NCBI GenBank assembly: GCA_964036045.1
Contig: OZ038378.1
Span: forward strand, 120,280,001 to 120,344,000
Direction of reading: 5' to 3'
DNA length: 64,000 bases
Origin: Eutreptiella sp. 'Long Island Sound 2002'
Lineage: Eukaryota > Protista > Euglenida
Made by a program: the position numbers and the translations under genes. The notes under the pieces were generated by a model. The model saw only the letters and a program-made list of their open reading frames with translations. It did no database searches and was not told the DNA's origin. This document shows positions 49,753 to 59,939 of the stretch, piece by piece; within the stretch, counting starts at the first letter, position 1; every line of letters starts with the position of its first letter.

Positions 49753-50814
49753 CCCTAGCCCTAACCCGAACCCTAACCCTAACCCTAATCAAGACTGAAT
49801 ATTGGGACCGAGCTGGTGGGGGAGGGAATATCAGCTATGACTGGTGAGGGACATCAAGAATGATTCACACATGGATGGCTCTTGACAAAGTGAAATCAGC
49901 TTGCACGTTAACCCCATCACTACGAGGCCCACTTTCAAGGCTTTTTGGACTTCTGAGGGGCCAAAATTCCCCAGAATGGGCTCAAAATGGGCCCATTTCA
50001 CCCGTTTGCGCACCCCAAGTGGTATGGGATGAGGTTTGGAAAAATGTGTTTTTGACCCATTTTGGGCCCATTTTGGTCCCAAAACAGCCCATTTTCAAGG
50101 TATTTTGGGATTTTTGGAGGACCAAAATTGGCCACCACAAGCTCAAAACAGTCCAAAAACACTTGTTTTAGCGTCGCACATGGTCTAGGATCATTTTTGA
50201 GAAAAGTCATCTTTTTGCCCTTACTGGACCCTGTTGACCCATTTGGGCACCCACCTGTTTGGGCTTGAGCTTGCAGCTTGCCGCAGCCTAGTGGGCCTAG
50301 GTATTGGGGTCTAGGCGTCCGTTTGGGCAATTCTGAGGGGTGGAAACCACAAAAAGTGGGGGATTGCGGGTGGAGTAGGTGCCCTCGGAATAGCATTTTG
50401 AGCCATGTAGCCAAAGATATGGCCTATTCTTGGTTTGTGGCTGTCGGCATTTGGAGCTTCTGGGGGCCTTTTTGGGCCGTTTCCGGGACATATCATGGAG
50501 TTAGAGGGCCGCAAAGAGCTCGTTGACACGGGGAAGTCAAGCCGCACATGGAGTGTACCCACCGTTTCCCTTTGTTTTGCCGTTTTGAATGTGTTCCAGG
50601 GCTTTTTTGGCCCAAAACTGGCTGTTTTTGGCCCTAAACTGCAGTTTTTCAAACTGAGGTCCGCCACTTGCGAATCCCGTTCCCGGCCGCCACCGTTGAG
50701 TTTCCTGCTCAAACTTGTTGTGATTGTACTTCACACCCATAGGTATCATCCACCAAAATTTCAGCCGAATTTGAAGCACCACGACGGAATTCTGATTTTT
50801 CCCCATTTCGCGCG

Positions 50815-50849
<35 letters not shown>

Positions 50850-52325
50850 GCTAAACCTGGTAGGTCCACCCTAGACACTAAAAAGGGTTATAAAACCAAG
50901 ACTGGTTCCACCAGCTCGGTGACCCTAACCCTAACCCTAATCAAGACTGAATATTGCGACCGAGCTGGTGGGGGAGGGAACATTAGATATGAATGGTGAG
51001 GGACATCAAGAATGATTCACACATTGATGGCTCTTGACAAAGTGAAATGCACCTGAACCCCATCACCACGAGGCCCACTTTCAAGGCTTTTTGGACTTCT
51101 CAGGGGCCAAAATGCCCCAAAATGGGCTCAAAATGGGCTCATTTCACCCTTTTGTGCACCCCAAATGGTCTACGATGAGTTTTGGAAAAATGTGTTTTTG
51201 ACCCATTTCTGACCCATTTTTGGTCCCAAAACAGCCCATTTTCAAGGCATTTTGGGATTTTTGGGAGGACCCAAATGGGCCACCACAAGCTCAAAACAGT
51301 CCAAAAACACTTGTTTTAGCGTCGCACATGGTCTAGGATCATTTTTGCGGAAAGTCATATTTTTACCCCTTTCGGACCCTGTTGACCCATTTGGGTACCC
51401 ACCTGTTTGGGCTTGAGCTTGCAGCTTGCCACAGCCTAGTGGGCCTAGTTATTGGGGTCTAGGCGTCCGTTTGGGCAAATCTGAGGGATGGAAACCACAA
51501 AACGTGGGGGGTTGCGGGTGGAGTAGGTGCCCTCGGAATCGCATTTTGAGCCATGTAGCCAAAGATATGGCCTATTCTTGGTTTGTGGCTGTCGGCAGTT
51601 GGAGCTTCTGGGGGCCTTTTTGGGCCGCTTCCGCGGCATATCATGGAGTTAGAGGGCCGCAAAGAGCTCGTTGACACGGGGAAGTCAAGCGGCACGTGGA
51701 GTGTACCCACCGTTTCCTTTCGTTTGGCCGTTTTGAATGTGTTCCAGGGCATTTTTGGCCCAAAACTGGCTGTTTTTGGCCCTAAACTGCAGCTTCTGAA
51801 ACTGAGGTCCGCCACTTGCGAATCCCGTTCCTGGCCGCCACCGTTGAGTTTCTTGCTCAAACTTTGTGTGATTGTACTTCACACCCATAGGTATCATCCA
51901 CCAAAATCTCACCCGAATCTGAAGCACCACGACGGAAATCTGACTTTTACCCATTTCGCGCGTGCTGCTGCTTGCTGCTTGCTGCTGCTTGCTGCTGCTT
52001 GCTGCTGCTGCTGCTAAACCTGGTAGGTCCACCCTAGACACTAAAAAGGGTTATAAAACCAAGACTGGTTCCACCAGCTCGGTGACCCTAACCCTAGGGC
52101 TAACCCTAACCCTAATCAAGACTGAATATTGGGACCGAGCTGGTGGGGAAGGGAACATCAGCTATGACTGGTGAGGGACATCAAGAATGATTCACACATG
52201 GATGGCTCTTGACAAAGTGAAATCAGCTTGCTAAACCTGGTAGGTCCACCCTAGACACTAAAAAGGGTTATAAAACCAAGACTGGTTCCACCAGCTCGGT
52301 GACCTTAACCTTAACCCTAACCCCC
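49753..52325 (+). repeat. Tandem ~1.15-kb units separated by short telomeric (CCCTAA)n tracts
   Basis: Anchor caagactgaatatt at 49790, 50942 and 52117 (periods 1152 and 1175). Telomeric tracts at 49753-49788, 50923-50940, 52086-52115 and 52303-52320. The third unit is internally deleted. Confidence 0.9.
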
Positions 52326-53479
52326 CCCCCCCTCACCCCTGGCTGGACGCCCCCTGACCCCCGGCCAGACGCCCCCCCGACCCCCGGTAGGAACACCCCC
52401 CCCCGACCCCCAACAGGAACCCCCGACCCCCGGCTGGACCCCCCCCAACTGCCCCCCCCCCCCCGAGTTTTGACAGATAGCTGGGGGGGTGGTCGCATCA
52501 GAACCGTTGGTAGTCGCCCCCCTGGGGGCGCTTGGTAGCCAAGTATCCGTCGCTTCATGCCCCCCCCCCCCGTGTCCAACGAACACTTCCGTTCAGACCG
52601 TACTTTTTTAATTACGTACTTAATTACGTACCGGGCTTCAGAACTAAGGTTTTAGGCTGAAATATTGTGGAAATGAGGGGTTGTTGTGAGTAATTGTGGG
52701 TAAATTTGTAAGATGTGAGGCAATGGTGTCCCTCAACTACAGGACCTCTATTGCTCACCATGACTGATTCTCTAAATGCACCTAGCTTGGAGGTGCTGTA
52801 CAAGCGGTGCCACACGGATGATGTAGGTGACTCCGACGATAGTAGTGGTGTTGAGGACTCCGGTAGTGACAGTGATGGGCAGTGTGATGTGGTTTGGGCC
52901 AAGGCAGGGCGTGGGGGGCGTGGGGTGTGGGGTTTGCACCATCCTTTTGAGAACACCTCGTACCTCACCCGTGATTTGATGGAGGACAGTGCTGTCCCAT
53001 CAAACCTGTCTGTTCCAAAGGTGCCTGAGCTGGATCGGGCTGCCGCTTCTGCCCGTGCCGCGAAGGGCCCCAAGCTTGGGGAGCATGTTCAGCTTTTCCG
53101 CATGAAGTGGGGCCGCAACAAGGGCTTATACTCTGAAAAGTGCTAATTGGAAGCTTGCATTGCATTGTGCTTTGAATGGGCCGGGTGTCTCTTGCCTAGG
53201 GATGCGTTGCTGCCGTTTAACAATATTGTCACCCGCGCCGAATGGTGTGTCCGACGAACACTCCTGTTCGGACCGTTTTTTTTGGGGGGGGGGGCATAAT
53301 TGTTCGTTGGACAGGGGGGGGAGGGGGTACTAAAAATAGGCAAAGTTTTGGTGAAATCCCCTCACACAAGCATCATTTACCCCTAGTGTGCATTTATCAA
53401 CCGTAACAATGAAGGGAAGTGAGAGCCATACTCCAATAAAGATATGGTACAGGTGTACATAGGATTGGGGTGGAGTATT

Positions 53480-54260
53480 CTAGGCTAACAATTTACTCCC
53501 AAGCAAGAAGTCACTCCCAAGCGCAATTGTTAGTTCCTGATGGTTAGTTGCTCTTTGGTTTTGATGCAGTCGTAACTTCGCAGTTTTTCTAGGTGTTGAC
53601 CCTCTGTGGTCGTGGCAGGCCCCACCACCTGCATGGAGTGTACAGTAAATACAGGTCCTGCGCCCCCATTGGGCTCTCCCTCTGTGGAGAACTGCCTCAC
53701 CCGCATCCAACCCAGTGGCTAAGCTGACTTTGCTGTACATACCTCTAGGCCACTGCTGCCTAAGCACACTGTCTGCCTTGATGGGTGAACTCAGCAGTGT
53801 CGGAACAAAAAAAAGAAAAGAAGTCACTCCCAAGCGCAATGGCCCACAAAAAAATTACTCCCAATAATCACTCACCGAATAAAATTTCACCCCGAAGGAG
53901 ACAATTAGCTTCCGAAATAACAGGTACCGACAAACGAAAAATCACTGCCAAGAGAAAAACCAGTCCACAACTAAAAACTTTGGTTCCAAGCAAAAATCAG
54001 TCTCTAGAGCATAAATACTACCCCGAAGACAAAAATCATTTACAAGATGAATGTCACTTCCAAGCAAAATCACACTCAACGGAAACAACACTCAATCCTA
54101 AAATGAGTCACTCTCAAGCAATCAAGAGGAGAGGAGTGATGGTCAAGAGAAAGTGACCCCAAGGTGAAAGTCACTCTTGGGCAAACATCTACTCGCAAGC
54201 CTAAGGTCATTGCGGAACCACAAGTCACTGCAAAGCAAGAAGGAAAACACAACCAAAAAG
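53480..54260 (+). repeat. Degenerate short-period repeat (AAGTCACTCCCAAG motif)
   Basis: Many variants of aagtcact/aattactccc/aatcact at irregular spacing. Confidence 0.45.
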
Positions 54261-56844
54261 TCAGCCCCCCATTGGAGCCTTTTTACCCCTTGATGGCTCT
54301 CAAAACCTCCCAAAACCATCAAAAATTTTCTAAAACATGTTTTTTTGTGTTTCTAGACCCCAAAGTAGGTGGTAAGGTCCTAAGCCCGCCCCAAAGCGCA
54401 GCCAGTGGCGGGCATGGGGTGGGGGTGGGGGGCAGAAATGCCCGTACAAGCCACATAGATATTTCAAATATGAGTATTGTACAACCGCCACTGCTAAGCC
54501 ACACATGGTAACACGGCAGATTTTTGTGGTTTTCTCTAGATGTTCAGAATTTTGAAGCTGTGTGCTACATTGTATTTGGCAGAATAGCTGACTGGAGTGT
54601 GTTTTGTCCTCTTGTCAGTGATTTTTTGCATGGGTGTGCTTTTTCCTAGAGGGTGAGCAGCAGGCAACAATGCATACTGCTTCCACTAGCTTTGGGCTAG
54701 GGGACATGGATCATCAATTTTTCAAGCTTGATAGAGTTTTGACCAAGGTGACTCTTGATGGGGCATTCTTGGCCATTTGCACACCCAATTGGGGGATGAA
54801 GGGCGACAACAAGTACTTGTTTGTTGAGAGACATCACCGCTACTTAGAATCCTACCAAGATCACTAAAAATGGCATTTGTAACTCTTGTCTCTCTCCTCC
54901 CACGCCACTGCAACTTCTTTTTTTATAAATGATTCTCAAGAGAAAAGTTACTCACAAGTCAAAAGTCACTGTCAACAAAGCTAGTCACTTGCTAGGGGGT
55001 AGGAATGTGGAGGCACAATGAGGAACACATAGTTAGGGCCTCGAGACCCCGGGTTCAGGCAACCCAGGGACGTAGTCCCCCCCCCCCCCCCACCTTCCGG
55101 GCCAAGGGTAGTGGGTAGGTCAAGCACTTCAGCCAACATTCATTCACGGCAGCACTCAGACCGAACCACATTGTGCATTTTGTTGGCTCCTCAAAGGCAA
55201 TCCTCGTGCCCAAGTGTGCAATTTTTGGCGATTCAACCCAATCCCTTATGGCCATTTATTGATAGTGGTCCACAGGCTACTAGCTTTCCCTCCCTTTACC
55301 CCTCCCTAGTTTGGTCAGCTCTATCGGAGGGCTAGCTTTGTTTGGCAATCAAATCAGGGCGCCATTAGTCTTCTCCCTGAACACCCCTCTTGTGGCCTGC
55401 TCAGCGAGGTCTAAAGGGAGGGGGGGTCGGGTCAACCACGAGCCCAACGGGAGGAGAGAGGGGGTTGCGGCAGCAGGGGAAGGGGGCCATGGATGAGAGC
55501 CACCAAACTGTTTGTGTGATCCATTTATTGCCAAGGCAGAGCACTGTTCATCAGGTGGTGTCGATGGTGATTCCAAAAGAAGATCAACACATTTCTGTGC
55601 ACCATCTAGGCTCATTTGTATATGAAAGTAACTTTGTGAATACTAGGAATTGAACTTGGGATGATTGAGTTCCACAATCCCAGACCGGAATGTGAACTGG
55701 ACATCCACTTTCTGATCAGGACCCCCCATTTGATATAGGGTTGTACATCACAGGAGAAAAGGTAATTAAAGGGCTGGCATGAATCGAGAGAGCGCAGCAA
55801 GGTAAGCTGCCTGGTGCCAGCCACGCCTTGCGACTGAAAGCAGAAACAAGGAAATTCGAAAACAATTGTCACATATGCAAAAATTAATTGAGCTCAAAAG
55901 TACGAACAATAACACGCAAGTGTGCAAACAGTACTTGAACTCATATGTGGGATACCTCTGTATGGGGTAGATAGCGTGTGTACTCCTAACCGATGCTCTC
56001 GAGCTAGCTGCAATGCCGCATAATGGAAGAAGGAAACAATGTCCCCTCTCTTTGTGAGGGGTAGGCCTGTTTTAGAGATAATATATGATTCTGGTCATGT
56101 GCCAATCATGTAACTTATGACCGAACTGAGCGCACCTTCACAACTTCTGGATTATGTCTACTGAATGCAAAGAAAAAAAGAGGTAAGGAGTATATTGAGC
56201 AAAAGCAGGGTCAAAAACGGGCTAGCTGCAATGCCTCATAACCCGGGTTTCCCCAGAAACCCAAGATTGGCTCCACTGCGCCTCTTTACAACAATGTGCA
56301 GTATATTTTACGGGCGGGCAGGCGGGGCTGCGCTCCTGCCCGTCAGATGGTTGTTTGACTAGTACTGTGCCCGTGTTAGGAGGAAAGCGGGATCGAGGAA
56401 ACCAGCCAAACAGTGTCCCCTCTCTTTGTGAGGGGTAAGCCTGTTTTACAGATAATTTCTCAATACACTCTCCATATGGCAGTTGCGCCGGAGCACCCCG
56501 TTTCAACAAAAACCATGCTGCTTTTGTTCTTGTTGCTGCAATGGCTCAATACACTCCTTACGTTTTTTTTTGCATTCAGCAGACATAGTCGGAAGCTGTG
56601 AAGGTGAGCTCAGCCCGGTCATATGTTACATGATTGGCGCATGGCCAGAATCAGATCTATCCCTTTCCCATTGTGCATTGAACTACAGAATCCACCCAGC
56701 ACACACTGCTCCTTTACACCACCATCCTACACAAGGCAAACCAATATGGGGTTGTCCGAGACTCTAATTGCTGTCTACAAATAAGGTGGATGTTGGGGTA
56801 GATGTGTCTACCCAGATCCAGTAAAATTTAAACCACACCACCCA

Positions 56845-57258
56845 CAGGAGTGATAGTAGCGCTGTTCCTCCACCCATGTCATGGTGTTCCTACGCTGTTC
56901 CTACAGTTTTTTGCGCTGTTCCTACCCTACACTGTTCTTACCCTGCGCCTTTGCTCCACAGGTTGGTTGCCCCCTACTTTCCAAGCCCTTCTCCGTTGCA
57001 GACATGTCAGAAAATGTACATGAGTTCTGCACTTCTTCATAGTGTTGTCTGTGTACTGTGGTCCAAGATTTCCAAGGACCCAGGGGGGCAGGCTGCACTT
57101 CTCTATAGTGTAGTCTGTGTGCTGTGGACCAAGATTTCCTGCGTGTCTGTCCTATCACTACCATGCATTATGAGCAATCTGTACGCTGTTCCTACGCTGT
57201 TCCTCAAATTTTTTTCGCTGTTCCTACGCCGGTAGGAACAGCGCTACTATCACTCCTG
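56845..57258. mobile_element. 414-bp MITE
   Basis: Perfect 25-bp TIRs CAGGAGTGATAGTAGCGCTGTTCCT (56845-56869 and 57234-57258). 5-bp TSD ACCCA at 56840-56844 and 57259-57263. Subterminal CGCTGTTCCTA repeats. Confidence 0.9.
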
Positions 57259-57720
57259 ACCCACATGCTGGCATACCTCAAATGGGCTACCTTAGGTGCA
57301 GTTGGGTATGATTTGTCATCCATTCAACAATAGGAAGCCAACAAGCCACGTGTTTGCAACACCATACCCACGAACCATCAAATGGCCCCTGTGGGTGGTA
57401 CAATTGATGGGCACTAGAGGTGTGAAATTGGTGTCATCTTGCACGCCAATAAGGACGAGGATGCTCTGGACGAGACCCCACACATTTAGCTTGTAGATGT
57501 CCTTGGTGACACACAATGTGGGACTCAGAGTTGCATGAGGTATATCAGCTCCACTTCCTGCAGGTTGCACACCTATGTCCCTATGTTGCAGGCACAAGAG
57601 GAAGCTTGGGTCTGCATAATCACTCGGCAACACCTCAACCATGCCACAGGAGGTGCATGAGCAATGAGTGCCAGCAGTCAAATGCACCAGGCGAAGTATG
57701 GTAGCAAGGGGGCGTACCGT

Positions 57721-58191
57721 GCGCTGTGCGCGCGCTGTGCGAAAAGTAGGCCATTCTCCACCACCGGTAGGCAGTTTTTTGGGTGTAGGATTGCCGCAGG
57801 GTACTATTGCCATTGTGTATCCTTGTAGCATCAACCCTCCCCCTTCTTGCGTGTATGTACCCTTCACCGCTGCCTGACGATCGGGGAAGGAGTCCATCAC
57901 TCCACTTTCTGAGTGTCTATTTTTTTTCGGACTCCTTTCGTTCAATTCATCCATTCATATATCAACGTGGACTTGGATTCCGAGGCTACGGGTATCAAGG
58001 AGTAACACCTGCAAGACAATTTTATTGTCTACATTGCATTGTTTTGGACATTGGATAATTCTGAGAACACGACACGTTTGAATTTCGGAGTTTTGAATTG
58101 CTCATGCATGCTTCTAGAGGTGGCAGGTTTTCAGGGCTGTTACCGGGGTAAACACCGTAATAACTGGCGCTGTGCGCGCGCTGTGCGAAAA
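57721..58191 (+). repeat. 25-bp direct repeat pair GCGCTGTGCGCGCGCTGTGCGAAAA
   Basis: Identical copies at 57721-57745 and 58167-58191, bracketing the spliced-leader copy. Confidence 0.85.
57904..57929 (+). other. Genomic copy of the euglenid spliced-leader exon, not followed by a GT donor
   Basis: ACTTTCTGAGTGTCTATTTTTTTTCG matches the 26-nt Euglena SL as I recall it. The next bases are GACTCC. Confidence 0.85.
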
Positions 58192-58923
58192 TGCCCCCCA
58201 AGATGGGATGCTATATCGGGTACCGTGATGTGCATGATATGAAGCAGAGAGGTAACGTGAAGCAGGGAGGCCCAGATTGCCCCCGCATCTGCACATAATG
58301 TGCAGCCACAGGTTGAGCAGGCCTTTGCAGTGGTCACCAATGGGGGCCGTCGTGGACATAGTGCTCCCGCTAGTGAAAAAAGTGACTGTGTGGAGGAATT
58401 TTTTTCGCCGTTCTTTGCAACCTGCCCGTTTTCACAGGAGATTTGATCTTCAGGTTGCCCCCACGAGTAGCACCTTTGTGTAAAGTAAGGCTGCAGCATG
58501 CTTTCTGCTAAGCGCATGGAGCCTGTAGGCTACCCGACCCTTAGTCCTCATGGCCTCAGAACTGTGCTCCCCTGCCCCTCCATCAGGGCCATAGCACTAT
58601 AGCATTGGGCACACACCACCACCCAGCCAGACAGACCAGACCGACGAGCGAGCACCTGAGCAGCAGGCCTGGCACAGCTGTGCCTGCCCGCCCAACCCCC
58701 CCTAGGATCGGGCTGCTCTGGCAGGTATGGGCCATGACTGTGGGAACCCCGACTGCTCACAGAGGCTGTGTCTGAGCTTGTGTCCCAGTTCAACCCCCCC
58801 CCCCCCCCTCCACCCTTCTTCCTTGGACAGTGGTCCCCCCTGAATATCCCACCCGGGGGGAATATCCTCTTTAGGTGCCCTTTTTCTGCGGCCACTGTCT
58901 GCGTGGACGCAGTCTGCACTGCA

Positions 58924-59517
58924 ATGTACAGTTACAAACCTATCGAACCTGCACCAGTCCCGCAGAAGGTGCGCTCGCTCAAATGGTGCCCTGACCTCGG
59001 CCCCAAAACGCAAGGGGACATCTTAGTGACCGGGTCCCACGACCAGTCCAACAGCCGTGTGTCCTTCTACTCGGCCTCCACAATGAGGTGCCTGGGCAGT
59101 GCCGCGCACATGGGGCCGGTCACAGACATCCAAGTCACAACCTCCAGTGGGGCTACACGCATTGTCGCAGGGTCCGCCTGGGGTCATGTCTCGGTGTACA
59201 GGGCGGAATGGCAGGCTGGGGATGGGGAACACGACAGCGGCGGGGTCGTCCTGGAGCCTGAGATCGCAATATATAACATCTTGGGTGTGGATGGTGTGCC
59301 AGGGCCGGAGCTCCGCGGATTCGCGGCGATCAACTCCATCGCGGTTGTGCCACAGACGCCAACGGTTCTGGCAGTGTCCAGCCTGGGGTCGGTGGCGGTC
59401 ATCGACCTCAACAAGCCCGATGACTTTGGGGTTGTGCAGGCGCACCAGCAGGTGGCTGCCCGCTTGCTTGACGCGTCCACACTGTGCACTGCTCCCACAA
59501 CAGTGCTGGGAGTCCAG
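58924..59517 (+). CDS. NUP43: First exon of a WD40 protein, Nup43-like
   Basis: MYSYKPIEPAPVPQKVRSLKW...LVTGSHDQSNSRVSFY...HMGPVTDIQ...RIVAGSAWGHVSVY parallels the Nup43 N-terminus (QKISKTRW..ATGSWD..H.GDVMDLQF..RIVAASSTGCVTVF, from memory). 198 codons followed by a CAG|GT donor. Confidence 0.6.
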
Positions 59518-59618
59518 GTGTCTGGATACATGATGAGGAACACCAGGCCCTAGTGGAAACCAGCCTCTGCGTGTCCTGAGCAGTCCTTTTGGAGTGGGAC
59601 ACTTGCTGATTTTGAACA

Positions 59619-59652
59619 TCTCTCTCTCTCTGTGTGTGTGTGTGTGTGTGTG
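59619..59652 (+). repeat. Compound microsatellite (TC)6(TG)11
   Basis: Read directly from the sequence. Confidence 0.95.
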
Positions 59653-59939
59653 GAAATGACCATCACAGCCAGGAGCCTGGCTACAGGACCCCTCACCCCA
59701 GACAAGAGGGAGGGCATCACAGCAGTCTTGAAAGCTACACGCATGTCCCCTGTTGTTTTCACCAACATGCGGCAGGACTAGCTCAAGGGGGCGGGGGCTC
59801 TCAGGGCCCATTGCGCGGGCCCCTCCACAGCAGTGCCACCCCGACCCCCCCCTCCCCTCACCCTTCTGCACTCATCCACTGTGTTGCACCACCACAGCCG
59901 CAGGACCAGCCGCACTATGACGGTGCAATAGTTGAATTC

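Noticed and set aside
49838-49905. Hammerhead-like CTGGTGAG...GAAA in the telomere-linked unit
   Set aside because: The core deviates from CUGANGA, the stem II closing pair is not G-C, the cleavage triplet would end in G, and there is no stem I.
49831-52174. Paired ORFs repeated in the 1.15-kb units
   Set aside because: The frames are not preserved consistently between copies and run through microsatellites, which is consistent with a non-coding repeat.
57930-58060. 5S rRNA gene next to the SL copy
   Set aside because: Only a short resemblance (ggagtaacacctg) is present. No 5S-length match or Pol III boxes were seen.
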